Shown piece after piece: positions 1 to 12,559 of a DNA stretch of 64,000 bases. The number at the start of each line of letters is the position of its first letter. Positions within the stretch are counted from its first letter, which is position 1. The translations under genes and the position numbers were made by a program. Location of the stretch: assembly GCA_951406725.2 (NCBI GenBank), contig OX597818.1, positions 29,326,001-29,390,000 on the forward strand, written 5' to 3'. The notes under the pieces were generated by a model. That model ran no database searches. It had not been told where the DNA came from and was given only the letters and a program-made list of their open reading frames with translations. This DNA is from Octopus vulgaris. Taxonomy: Eukaryota.

Positions 1-144
1 GACAGATATCTGTCCTCATCTTGTTTGTTGCTAACACAACGTTTCGGTTGATATACCCTCCAGCCTTCATCAGGTGTCTTGGGGGAAATTTCGAACCTGG
101 GTTCTCATTCCTAAGGTATTTTTCAATGTTGTTGTTGTTGTTAA

Positions 145-176
<32 letters not shown>

Positions 177-441
177 TCACTGCCTGGTATTGAGCTCGGA
201 ATCTTGGGGTTAGTAGTGCAGGGCTACTAACCCCAAGATTCCAAATTCAATTCCAGGCAGTGACCTGAATAATAATAGTAATAATAATATTAATAATAAT
301 AATAATAACAACAACATCGAAAAATGCCTTAGGAATGAGAACCCAGGTTCGAAATTTCCCCAAGACACCTAATGAAGGCTGGACAGTTTATCAGCCGAAA
401 CATTGTGTTAGCAACAAAGAAGATGGGGACAAATATCCGTC
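1..441. repeat. ~440-bp fold-back palindrome of a Penelope-like terminal repeat
   Basis: 1-216 is the approximate reverse complement of 224-441 around a 7-nt loop (217-223); both arms carry a hammerhead motif and (AAT)/(TTA) tracts. Confidence 0.85.
33..78 (-). ncRNA. Minimal type I hammerhead ribozyme (Penelope-type)
   Basis: Minus strand GACAC-CUGAUGA-A-GGCUG..CAACC-GAAA-CGUU-GUGUU: stem I, core, stem II, palindromic ACGU in place of helix III; mirror copy 364-409 (+) has mutated core CUAAUGA. Confidence 0.65.
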
Positions 442-607
442 AAATGTAAATAGTGTATCTCTTTTTTTATTGTTAAGTGTGATCATATTCTTTCCATACT
501 TTTGCTGTTTATGGCTTGAACCACTACAGCTAATGGTTAGTTTTATGTTATTATTGTAGCCAAGTGTTTAATTTGAAAGTGACTTTTTTTTTTTTTTTTT
601 TTGACAG

Positions 608-626
608 CTATCAAAAACAATAATGA
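608..626 (+). CDS. Host gene micro-exon 1 (19 nt, phase 1->2): xIKNNN(E)
   Basis: Long poly-T tract + gacAG acceptor, GTAAGT donor; frame joins the 2599 exon without stops. Confidence 0.65.
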
Positions 627-1529
627 GTAAGTATATTATATTTTTACTTGTTTATTTAAAAAATAAAAATACATTTCTCTTAAAAAATTATTTTTTATCT
701 TTCATGATTCAGTATATTTTCCTAGCAATTTGCTTGCTAAAAAAAGGCTGCACTTCAACTGAAGCAAACCATACTTGGAGTAGCCTTCTGTACTTTTTGC
801 TAAAAATTATACTACCTTTCAACTAGTTATATTTTTCTTTCAGTGCATGCCAGATATATATCCACTTTAATCTCTATAAATGTTGATTTCTCCAATCATG
901 ATTTACATCATATGAAGATAAGGGTAGAGAGAATAAAAGAAAGATAAAGAGAGAGTTAACAAAAGAGGGAAAGGATGGGTGCACACTCTAGGCTTGGTTG
1001 CAGGCAATGAATAAATGAATGCTACATGCACATGTTGAAAGAGAAAGAATTTTGGAGACAGAGGATGTGGAACTGGGTGGAAGGGATGAAATAACGAAGT
1101 AGTTGTGGTAGGGTTTATTCAAATGAGAAATTTGTTTTATTTAATTTGATTTTAAAGTAATGAATACTTCTTGTTTTAAAATTTGTATCGGTTTCATCAT
1201 TTTGCATAAGTAATAAGGAATTTTATAAAAGTTAAATTATAATTATTGTATCTATACCATATTTTCTGACATTATCCTTGGTTGCAAATCTTCCAAAGTT
1301 ACCCATCAAGTGTTTTGATAATTAATGTTTTTACTTAACAATGTTTTAAAATAGAAAGCCCAGTAGAGTTTATCTCTTAGGGACAGCAAGGATTATCAGG
1401 AGGATCCTAAGCATCTGAAAGACTGCTGAAAACTTGTGGATATCTAAGGTCACAGGTAGTAACTTGCTATCCACAGAATACCTACCAGGAATAAGACCAA
1501 CCTGAGACAAACCAAAATAATAATAATTG

Positions 1530-2480
1530 TTTCAAATTTTAGTACAAGACCAGCAATTTCAGGGGAGGAGGCAAGTCGATTGTATTGACCCCAGTGTCCA
1601 ACTGATACTTATTTTATTGATTCCAAAAGGATGAAAAAGCAAAGTTAACCTCGGCAGCATTTGAGCTCAGATTTTAAAGATGGATGAAATGTTGCTCAGC
1701 ATTTGCTAATCATTCTACCAGCTCACAATAATAATATTTTCTATTGTAGGCACAAGGCCTAAAATTTGGGGGATGGGGACAGTCAATTACATTGACCCCA
1801 GTGTTTCACTGGTACTTAATTTATCACCCATGAAAGGATGAAAGACAAAGTCAACCTTGGCAGAATTAAATATAACAAGTTGTCACAGAATTGGACTCCA
1901 GTCTTGCAAATGTGGGTACATCCAAATAACTAATAATAATAATTGTAATAATCCTTTATACTAAAGGCACAAGGCCTGAAATTTGGCGGGAGGGGAATAG
2001 TAAATTAAATTGACTCCAATATGTAACTGGTACTTATTTCATCGACCCCGAAAGGATGAAAGGCAAAGTCAACCTCAGTGGAATTTGAGCTCAGAAAAGG
2101 CAGAGGAAATACCACTAAGCATTTTTCCTGATGTGCTAATGATTCTGCTAGCTTGCTGCCTCATTAATAATAATAATATTAATAATAATTTGTAATGTGG
2201 ATAGAAAGCAGGGTACCATCAACCACAGTACTTGACAGATATTTTATCTTACCAACTCCAAAAGAATGAAAAGGAAAGTTGACCTTGTCAGGATTTGAAA
2301 CCAGAATGTAAAGAGCAAGAACAAATACGATATAGTATTTTGTACTCACATGATGCTGTCAGTCCACTACCTTCATTTGTTTCTAACATATGCACAAGGC
2401 CAGAGATTTGCTGGGAGGGGAACAATTGATTATATTGATTCCGGTACTTGATTGGTAGAGCTTATTAACCTTAGAAGAAT
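1530..2480 (-). mobile_element. Cluster of about five degenerate SINE-like repeat copies separated by (AAT)n
   Basis: Recurring ggcacaaggcc..gaccccagt..actggtactta..aaaggatgaaaggcaaagtcaacct; opposite-orientation copy near 31585-31740. Confidence 0.7.
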
Positions 2481-2598
2481 AAGAGTAATGATAATAATAA
2501 CAATAATAAAATAAGGGTTTCTTTGTTTTTGAAAATTGTTTTATTTTGTAAATATTGTAAATATTTGATTTTTGTCACATTTTTCTTCAATTTAATAG

Positions 2599-2615
2599 AT
2601 TTTCATCAACAAAAG
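2599..2615 (+). CDS. Host gene micro-exon 2 (17 nt, phase 2->1): EFSSTK
   Basis: ttttcttcaatttaatAG / GTAAGT; 19+17 nt restores phase 1. Confidence 0.65.
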
Positions 2616-3929
2616 GTAAGTTTCAGTTTGCAAAATGTATATTTTGTTTATTTCTCTCTAACTATACGGTCTTTTGCTTGTTTCACCATCTATTTTTAAT
2701 TCAGTAACAAATTTTTCTATTTTCTTAATGCTTTTTCTAAATCATTAACTAGAACATACCTGGAAAAAATTCTGAACAAGCTTTTGGTAAAATAAATATC
2801 ATGTAGTGCATTTCATTTCCTCCAGGTCTGATGGTTGTCCAACAAATTATTTTCTATATAATATTTCAATCAATTAAAATCCATTGTAAAGGGAAACCAT
2901 ATAAGTACAGCAAGAAATGCATTATCCACCTTCCAGTTTTTTTAACATTCTGCCTACCTTATAGTTTTCACTGTCTTCCTTCCTGTCCACTGCTTAATGT
3001 AACTCAGCTAACCTCTTTCATGTTCTTTTGTCTATTCTTCTTTTATTGGTGATGCTTTACATGACCAAACCACTTGATTTGCTACCATTTGCTAATTAAC
3101 AGATGTGTTTTATGGTTGTTTTCCCAACAATTTATTTTTTAAGTCTCATATGTTTATTGTTCTATAAACTGAATGCAAAGGATCTTTCTGCAACATTTCA
3201 TTTCAAAAGGCATCTCTTCCTCATTTACAGCATCTAAAAGCTATGATTCACACTAATAAAATGAAGCTGAAGTTGCAATTTCTCTTAAAAAAATGAATTT
3301 TAATTGTTATAGTAATATTTATTTCTCCAAACAAGGTCTAAATTTGCCAAAGCTGATGTAGCTGCTGCATTCCTACTCTTTACCTCATTCTTTGATCTCT
3401 CATCTTCTGTTACTGTTTTTTACCAAATATTGATTACTTAATGCTACCTGATTTTACTTTTTTTTTTTTAAATTGTAAATGAGTAGATTGGGTTTGATGA
3501 AATGACGCCAATTGTTTACTTTTCATTTCAAAATCACTTACAGTCTGAAAATTAATATCCTGTTATCAGTTTCATTATTTCCATAGAAGTTTTATTACCA
3601 TACAAAAGACCCCACTCCATTAAATATATTCAAAATGTAGAATGGTAATCAGAATGTCTTTCTACAATTAACACTTGTAGCAACTTTTAAAATGTTCATA
3701 ATTCTTAAGAGAAAGTTCTCTGTAAAACTAAACATGATATAATTTTATTCCCTTGATTAATGATAGTGCTTACTGATTTATCAAGATGATCACTCAGGCT
3801 TTTATATTAATATATTTATAAATGACACAGTGAAGTCAGAGTGCATTTAGCACTGCTTCTTTTTTTTTATTTTAATAAGTGATGTATTTATTGTAGAACC
3901 TTTTATTGGAGAAATTCTATTCTCCAAAA

Positions 3930-4860
3930 ATCTTCTGATGCTATTGATAATATGAAATTAAAGCTCCTACTGATATATCACTGCAAAAATCCAAAGATTT
4001 TTAAAGATTATGCAAAGTTAGTTGGCTTTCAAATAAGAAAGCACAGATGACTTAGAGCCTCTTCAAAGAGCAATTTACAAACATTTTTATGTCCTACTGC
4101 AGTGTGGTACAGTGCCAAATAATATTTCCTGTAAAGTATTGTCCCTTTTAGACAATAGACCAAGCCACCCAGTAAACTTAAATGAGCTTTCTGATAATGT
4201 GAGAGTATATTTTCAAGAATAAAACTTCTTTGATCCAGCCTATGTATCAATGTGTAGTCTTAACTTCAAGGTATATATTCTGTAAAGAACTTTCAAACAA
4301 CTTTTGAAAGCAATTGACAGGAAAGATAAATTTAAGGTTAAAGATGTCTGGAAAAAATTCAACACAATGGATACTGTAGATAAAATTACTGAGTCATTGG
4401 TGAAGTAAAACCCTCCACTTTGAATATGTGCTTGTGAAAATATATGACCAGATTATATCTGTGACTTAAGTTTTCCACAAGCAGAAAAGTTTGAAAGATA
4501 TTGTGACATTTACAAATGATGTAGGGTTTGAAAAAGTTACAAAGCATTATGTTACTAGTGTACCATAAAGCAAGTTTATCTAATCAGGAGCTCATGCTGT
4601 TTTATCAAGAGAAAGTTGAGAATACAGATGAGAATGCAGAAATTCCACCAACTCCATTTAAATTGACTACAAAGTATATTGCTGAAGGGCTGGCACTTAT
4701 AGAAGAATGTCTACTGCAAGATTTTCCTGATAACAACCTGAATTGTGAATGTAATAAAAATTACAAGAGGAGTTTACTGAGCTCAGTTCATACATTGAGC
4801 TATATAAAGAGATAATGTGTCATAAACATCAAATAACTTTGTATAAGTTCTTAACCCCTC
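3930..4860 (+). pseudogene. Decayed pogo/Tigger-like DDE transposase
   Basis: Fragments read KLKLLLIYHCKNPKIFK and LIQPM.Q (cf. Tigger KLKPLLIYHSENPR, LIQPMDQG); many stops and frameshifts. Confidence 0.6.
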
Positions 4861-5340
4861 AAGCTGATTAAGATAGTGTCCCTCATCTTTCAATAATTAT
4901 CATTCCGCTTCTTCACATTATAGTCAACATCTTTTGTGATAAAAACATACTTTATTACAATATTGAGATTCTTATTTATTCTCTAATGTATTTTTCAAAT
5001 GTTTTTATGTATACTTATTGTACTGTGTATGTTTAGACATTGCTGTTTTCATATATAAGAGTGGTTATTTTGTTTGATTTTGTTGATCATATTGCTTTCT
5101 TTTGAGGGGAATTGAAAAAAGAATCTATTTGGGTGCCTCTTAATATATAGTGCAGAAACTGATTTTCTGTTGTGAGGTTTTCACAAACACATTATACCTA
5201 AAACATGATACATACACACACACATATCATCATCATCATCTGTTCTCGATGCTGAAATCTCATAATTAGAGAGGCAATTCTTTATGCAATTCTTTATGCA
5301 ATTCTTTATGCAAATCCATACACATCACATGACCGTACTA

Positions 5341-6731
5341 CAGTATTTCCTGATTGAATTCATCCCTTTCTCAAATGAATTTGTCCCTTCGATATCAAAG
5401 CCAATTTAGATTTTAAATATTTAGAAATTAGATGCCCGTAAGTTCACACAAGTTCACAAAATAGTATCTTAACATGAGAATAGTGGAGATAAACAAAAAA
5501 CTAAACTTAAAATGATTTAAATTTATTTTAAAACTCTTGTAATCACAAATATTTCACAAATCCTTCATATTCAATGCTTGTGGGATGAAAAATGTTTGAT
5601 GTCGATCATATCTTGCACAATTTATAGCAGATATTGAATCCATTGCAAGATACAAGGCTGTTTTTAAAATATTCATTCTATGAATTGTCATGGGCAAATT
5701 TTCTGGTCTTTTGTAGAGATCATTTTTATGAGTCTGTAGATAATGCTTCACAAAAGATTTTGATTCGTTGAACATTTCCTCAATGGAATTAAACATTGGG
5801 GAATAAGGAGGTACATAATTAACCATATATTGTGGTATGAAATCAATTTCAATGACACATTTATGGATGTGTGCATTGTCCATAATAAATATGACAGGAT
5901 CTGATATAGTTGCAGCGATCTTTAGCGAACATTGATGCAGAAAGTTGTGACCTTAAATGTTTCAAATTGGACAAGACCCAACATATCCATAGTGGCCAAT
6001 AACATTTAAATTTGCCCATTGACCTTCAAAAACAAAATAGATTGTAAAAAATATTTCATAAACAAAAATTTTATATAAGTATTTAGCAAATATAATAATC
6101 ATTTACTTTGAAATCCAAATGTTGTAATTTGTTTCATCAATATATACATTACAAACGGCCAACCCATTATCTTGAAGCCATTTTGCATAATAACATCGCT
6201 TCTTTTTTGTGTTTTCGTTATTTGATTCTTGAGGGTGAATTATTAGTTTTTTCAGAGTGTATCCAAAGTCATCAAGATAGCAATCAAAAGTTGATAATGA
6301 AACAGTCAAATTGATTTTTCTCTTGTAAAAGTTCTCTCATTCTTTTCAAATTTAAAGCTGGGTCCTCGTTAATCGATTCTTGTAAAAATTGTTGATGATT
6401 TTCCATGTATTTTCACTGTTAGTGCCCATGCTTTTTCTTTAGAGAATAATCTTTCGGCACAATTGTCTTCATTGTGCTGTAGTTAAAATCAAAGGAGCAA
6501 TTTTAATTTTTCAGTTTCTTGAAGTAGAAAATATTCTTTTCTTTATCCTATTCATTTACTTTCTTGTATGTCTTCTTTGGCATGTTAAAACGGTTTAAAT
6601 TATTATGTTTTAAATCTAACTTTAACACTAACATTTGAGAAAGGGACAAATTCATTTGAGAAAGGGACGGATTCATTTGAGAAAAGGACGAATTCATTTG
6701 AGAAAGGGATGAATTCAATTGGGAAATACTG
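5341..6731 (-). mobile_element. IS630-Tc1-mariner DNA transposon, defective
   Basis: TIR cagtatttcc..gaattcatccctttctcaaatgaat at both ends, TA duplication (5339-40, 6732-33); transposase fragments YIDETNYN (6103-6309) and DNAHIHK..PPYSPMFNSIEE (5554-5883; D32E spacing); 21-bp subterminal direct repeats at 6633-6715. Confidence 0.9.
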
Positions 6732-6759
6732 TAGTGCAGTCATCTCTTTTGCACACTAC

Positions 6760-8960
6760 AAATGATGTCTCTTATACCCAATTTTTCTCGTAAATCATTT
6801 ACACTCCATTGTACATGAACACTGGCATCACCTGTCCAGTAGAGCATGCTGGCTTCATTTCTTTCAAGCCTTTGCATGTCTTTTGCAGTCACAGCCCATG
6901 TCTTACTGCCATGTAGTATAGCTGTTCATACACAGACATCATACAATCTGTCCTCACTCTGAGGGAGAGAACTTTGTTCCTAACAAAGATAGCAGCTGTC
7001 TGAAATTTGCCCAGCTTGTTCTTATTCTAGCAACTACACTTACAGAACTTCCTGCCCTGCTGCTACTTTCATTGCCTAGATAACAGACCATCTCTTACTT
7101 CTAAGACTCCTCTGGACATTTGAGGGAGTCCATTTTCTGTACATTACTAGTGTTTATTGTACCTGCACATTTGTCACACACATACAGACTACTTTCTCTG
7201 TTAACCTTCCTGTGATGCTACTGCACCCCTTATGTGTCCATAGCTTGCACTGGCTACACTATATGGAGTTTCTACTATCTTTTCTACATATTGAGCAGAG
7301 TTATCTCCCTGAAGGGATCAGTGATTTGTCTGTTTTCCTACTTCCTAGGACTTAGGTCTTTGCAAATTAACTCTAAGGCCCTTTGATTCCAGGCCTTACT
7401 TCTACACTTGAATTTTCTTCTCTAGTTCTGATAGTGATTCACCAATAAGAACTAGGGCATCAGCTTAGTGGATCTCACAAGGACAGCCTGTCTTAAATTC
7501 CTCAGCAGGATTATGATAAACAAGAAGACACAATCCTTGGTGAGCTTCTACCTGTACACTAAATTTAATACTAAAGGGATGAATTCATTCATGAGTATAC
7601 TCATAGCCAACTTTCACCTTACAAACAGCCTCTTTGTACATGGTTTGTACAGCTCTCAGCAACCACTCATTTATCCCTAACTTCTGCATTGCCCACCAGA
7701 TGAGGGAGTGGAGGACCCTGTCAAAGGCTTTCTCCATGCCATCAAAAACCAAATACAGAGGTTTGTTTTTGACTAAATACTTTTGCAGTTGCCTCACAAG
7801 GAATATAGCATCAGTAGTGTCTCTTCGTGACACAAAACCAAACTGCATCTCATCAAACCTAACTCTATTCCTAATTAATTGAGCTATGTCCTTTTCTGTA
7901 ACTTTCATCACCTGGTCCAGAAATTTGATATCTCTGTAATTATTTCTGTCTAAGGTATCACCTTTACTTTTGCAGTTGTTGACTATAATGCTGGTACACC
8001 AGTCTTTGGGTATGATTCCCTGTGGACAACCTGATTAACTATATGGGTGACTAGGTTACACCCCACCAGATATTCTAAGTATTTCAGCAGTGATCCCTAA
8101 TGGGCCAGGGGCTTTCTTTGTTTTTATATCTTTAATTGCTTTATCTTCTAAGCTACTGTCAATTCAGATAGCTGGTTAGCTTTTCCCAGTCATTCTCTAC
8201 ATTTTACAGCCTATCATAGTGGCACTTCAAGGCTTCTTTCTTTACAGTGAGCCATCATCCATGCGAAAGCACTTCTCTCCTACAATATCACAATTTTCTC
8301 TGACACACTGTCTTGCAATCCAAAACACCTCAAGCCTTTGGTTCGCACATTGCAAAACATTGGCAAACTTCTTTTCTGCTTCTCCCTTGGCTAAGTATAC
8401 CTATCTTCTAATTTCCCTTCTAGCTATCTAATATAGTTCTCTGGTACGACCACTCTTCCAGGCTATCTTTGCACAATGGCTCTGTCTCCTACACTGTTTC
8501 CCCACCATGTCACCCTAGGTCTCTTTGGGACTTTGTGCAGCAACAAATTTGGTCTGTGGCTCTCAGTAAGTTGTCCCTTAGACCATCCAGTTGTCCTCTA
8601 TGTTACATGTCTGTAATTCTGCCTCCTTGTCAATTAGGATGTCTCTAAATCTCTGACTATTCAAAGAATCCTTAAGCTTCCAAATCCTTCTTTTCCAGAC
8701 TGGTCTGTTTTTTGAAATCCTTCTAGCCTGAAGTCTGAAGTTGCTAATGACTAACCTATGCTGAGGTTACATTTTTCACTAGGGAAGGTCTTTACATTTA
8801 TAAGCAACCATGTATCTTGCTTTTTAGTGTGGCCACCAGATTGATAGATTATCAGGTGACTGGCTGGTTTCCTGAAGTTGTTATTGCAGATCATTAGATT
8901 ATTTGCTTTACAGAACTCCAGTAGCCTTGTTACCACCTCATCATAAGAACCAACTCCTAT
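6760..8960 (-). mobile_element. Decayed RTE-clade LINE (APE + RT)
   Basis: RT motifs EMQFGFV..TTDAIFLVRQLQ..EKAFDRV (7585-7911); APE RLLEFCKANNLMICN (8751-8936). Confidence 0.9.
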
Positions 8961-9239
8961 CGTGGAAAGGACACACCTATTCCTTCACAAAAGACTTTCC
9001 TCTCACTCCTCCTTTCCAAAACTAAGGACCTAATCCAAAGAATGCGATCGAAGGCTTTTTTCCACGATAATCAAAAATATAGAACTGACTATAATAATAT
9101 TGCATATATACCATTATGCCTAAAAAGTGGATTTATAACTTCAATACCCATACATATCTTGCATCTATTTTCTTGCCTGCACCCTACTCTCTATTTTGTA
9201 TCACATCTAAACTAACTATGACTTAACTATCCTCTCACA

Positions 9240-9291
9240 GTCTCCGATGAAGGGATATAATTAATGAATATCCTAGAAACTGCGGTAAGAC
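9240..9291 (+). ncRNA. Minimal hammerhead ribozyme, tandem copy 1
   Basis: GUCU-CCGAUGA-..GGAUAU..AUAUCC..-GAAA-CUGCGGUA-AGAC; U4C core variant. Confidence 0.55.
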
Positions 9292-9856
9292 CTTCTATCT
9301 ATAAATGCTCTAATATCTACATGGCATTGGTTCTTTTATCTTATTACGCAAAAAATTCTTATATACACATGCTGACATAGAACCTACGTTGAACCCTTTA
9401 TTCACAATATAACCGAATCTGGAACTTAACTATGGTCTGTCTATAGCACTTATTCAGCATTATCTGGCACCTTTGGGTCTCAATGATACCATTATCCCTT
9501 ATAACCTCAACTTCGCACTATTATAAGCACTTATCCCAGGTAACACTTCTGTAATGGATAAACAATTCCTTGGCATCTCTCTTAAGGACACACCTGTTCC
9601 TTCACAAAAGACTTTCCTCTTACTCCTCCTTTCCAAAACTAAGGACCTAATCCAAAGAATGCGATCGAAGGCTTTTTTCCACGATAATCAAAAATATAGA
9701 ACTGACAATAATAATATTGCATATATACCATTATGCTTAAAAAATGGATTTACAACTTCAATACCCATACATATTTTGCATCTGTTTTCTTTCCTCCACC
9801 TCACTCTCCATTTTGTATTACATCTAAACTAACTATGACTTAACTATCCTCTCACA

Positions 9857-9908
9857 GTCTCCGATGAAGGGATATAATTAATAAATATCCTAGAAACAGC
9901 TGTAAGAC
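9857..9908 (+). ncRNA. Minimal hammerhead ribozyme, tandem copy 2
   Basis: GUCU-CCGAUGA-stem II-GAAA-CAGCUGUA-AGAC; palindromic ACAGCUGU helix III, GUA cleavage triplet. Confidence 0.65.
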
Positions 9909-10084
9909 CTTCTATCTATAAATGCTCTAATATCTACACACCCTTGGTTTTTTTGGGTTATTACACAAACAATTCTTATACATATATATATATATACACA
10001 CATACATACATACATACATACATACATACACACACACATACACATGTGTGTGGGTGTATATAATATATACCCATATATGTAGCA

Positions 10085-10520
10085 CCCTCCCTTCTTCCCC
10101 CTCGGCCCCACTCGGATCCTTCCCATGCTCCAGATCCCGCTGCAACACCTGCCCCTTCATCACCAACACCACTGCTGTCACCGGTTCCAACCGGCGAACT
10201 GTACGTATCAGGCATTCCTTTACGTGCACCTTGTCTGGACTCATATACTGCATTAAATGCAACCGCTGCAGAATGCTGTATATAGGACAGACGGGATGCC
10301 GGTTGTCAGACCGATTCGCCGAGCATCTGAGGGATGTTCGTCTACTTTCCAATTCTCACGTCACTTCCGCTCGGCCAGCCATTCCCCCGATGACATCTCA
10401 GTGTTTGGTCTTGCCCCACACAATGGCTCTCCACAATCTAGGCTTCACTTGGAGCAACGGTTCATATTCCTTCTACAGACTCTAACCCCACACGGACTCA
10501 ACACAGCCCCCTCCTCTTAG
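10085..10520 (+). pseudogene. Penelope-like GIY-YIG endonuclease fragment
   Basis: FPCSRSRCNTC..FTCTLSGLIYCIKCNRCRMLYIGQTGCRLSDRFAEHL, frameshift, then HF..RLHLEQRFIFLLQTLTPHGLN. Confidence 0.85.
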
Positions 10521-10595
10521 TGACTGCGCTCCACTTCTCCCCACTAGCATCTTTTATTTTTTGTTTATTAATTATTATTTATTTTTTATTTTATA

Positions 10596-10989
10596 CTAGC
10601 AGTATCGCCCAGCGTTGCTCGGGTTTGTAAGGGAAATAATTATATAAGCATTTTTAGAGATGTAAAGTATAATAGCCATCACAATATGGCTAACCACAAA
10701 GGGGAGGGGTGTTACTGTAGCTTTTTACGTTCTGAGATTTAATAATAAATTTTAGAAAGTTACTTCCCTTATATATGTCAAAAATGGATTAAAAATGGGA
10801 AAAACTGATGGTAAATTTTTTTTTAAATCGTAGACTCATCGTAGACGCGCGCTAATACCCAGACGGTCTCGATATGAATCACGACTATAAGATACCCGGT
10901 TTTGGTTAAACTGCACCGCAAAATGTGGGAGTAGTTAGGAATCTAAATCGTAGGAGACAGACACACAACCTCACTTTTATATATAAAGA
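10596..10989 (-). mobile_element. Non-autonomous Helitron (394 bp)
   Basis: Minus strand: A|TC start, subterminal hairpin cccgagc-aac-gctggg, CTAG|T end. Confidence 0.75.
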
Positions 10990-11151
10990 TTTCCTCTATT
11001 TACATAATATTGAGGTCTCTTTCTTTCTTTTGTTATCTTACTGTTTTTACCAATATACATATATATATATATATAAATATATATATAGTTACAGAGATGT
11101 ACTTGCATAGCAAGTGACTTGATCTGAGATCGTGTGCTGGAACGAAAACAG

Positions 11152-11410
11152 TTGCAGCGTTGAAGGTGTTTATAAGCCATTTAAGAAACACACAAAAACC
11201 GTTAGATTCACTTCAACATTTAAATTTAATTTGTCAAAATATTTTCGTCGCTTTGAGACCGCGACCTGTTAGCACGATATTTTTGTCAGTGAACAGGTCG
11301 CGGTCTCAAAGCGACGAAAATATTTTGGCAAATTAAATTTAAATGTTGAAGTGAATGTAACGGTTTTTGTGTGTTTCTTAAATGGCTTACAAACACCTTC
11401 CACGCTGCAA
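11152..11410. repeat. Fold-back inverted repeat (~119-bp arms, ~21-bp spacer) between TA microsatellites
   Basis: 11152-11270 is the reverse complement of 11292-11410; a single arm of the same family lies at 32661-32850. Confidence 0.85.
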
Positions 11411-11774
11411 TATATATATACACACATATATAAATATGTATGTATGTATGTATGTGTGTATATGTGTATGCATGTATGTGTGTGTGTGTGCGTGTCTGTG
11501 CTTGTGATTGTCCTCCACCACTGCTTGACAACGAATGTTGGTTTGTTTACATCCCTGTCACCTAGTGGTTTGACAAAGGAAACAGATAGAATAAGTACAA
11601 TGCTTACAAAAATAAAACTGGAGTTGATTCATTAAACTACAATTCTTCAAGGTATTGCCCCAGCATGGCCACAGACCAATGGCTGGAAAAAGCAGAAGAA
11701 TAAAAGAATACATTCTCTGCTTTGGTCTTATGTTCAAGGCATGAGAAAGCTTGAGTTTACATGAGAAGGCCTAA

Positions 11775-12040
11775 CAGACCTGGTAGAAACAGCAGCCAAA
11801 TCTCCCTCAAATCACACCTTACTGTCTTATGTATGTATATATATATGAGCCAATGAGGGGGACCTCTACATGGTAGCTAGACCTGGTAGAAATAGCAGCC
11901 AAATTTCCCCCAAATCACACCTTACTGTCTTATCTATGTATATATGTATGTATGAGCCTATGAGGGAGACCCCTACATGGCAGCTAGACATTGTAGAAAT
12001 AGCAGCCAAATCTCCCTCAAATCACACCTTACTGTCTTAT
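11775..12040. repeat. Three tandem ~100-bp units
   Basis: gacctggtagaaatagcagccaaatctccctcaaatcacaccttactgtctta repeated three times. Confidence 0.85.
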
Positions 12041-12559
12041 CTTTCTGCTACTTGGATATAGGTCTTATATTCCTTTCCTGTCACACACTCACGCACACGC
12101 ACACACACACACGCACCCTCACACACACACACACGCGCACACACACACACTCACACACACGCACGTTAGCTTACAATTTTATTTATATATTTGCGTGTCT
12201 ATGTGTGGAAAGTGGAAGTGGGAGGCAGAGTGAAAGAATCACTCACTACAGTAATTGAATTACTTTCATTTTATTCGTTGCCCAGTGTGCGTGTGCGTTT
12301 GCGTGTGGTGTAAACCAGACTAAGAAAAGCATTTGACACACACACCAGAATGTGAGTTTTCTGTAAATTTTGCTTAATTGGAGTTTAAATTTTAAAAACT
12401 GGACCTGGCATGACGCGATGCATTGTACTCTTAAAAATGCTAGGTAAATTGTAATTGAAGAAATCCTATATTGTAGATTTATATAACTCCCAAAGGGAGG
12501 CAGATAAAATCTGCCTTTTATAATAAGAGATTTTTTAATTTTTATAATTGTCCTTATGC

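Larger units (their letters stand above)
8967..9980 (+). mobile_element. Penelope-like element terminal repeats: ~400-bp direct repeat at 617-bp offset
   Basis: 8967-9365 is about equal to 9584-9980; encodes SLKDTPVPS..LLSKTKDLIQRMRSKAFFH, resembling the N-terminus of Naiad/Chlamys-type PLE ORFs; one hammerhead per copy. Confidence 0.75.

Noticed and set aside
6025-6106. Possible GT-AG intron in the Tc1-like transposase
   Set aside because: Splicing would still leave the expected conserved segment missing; decay is a simpler explanation
10048-10520. GIY-YIG ORF as a homing endonuclease or host repair gene
   Set aside because: Frameshifted fragment with Penelope-type Cys motifs in repeat context
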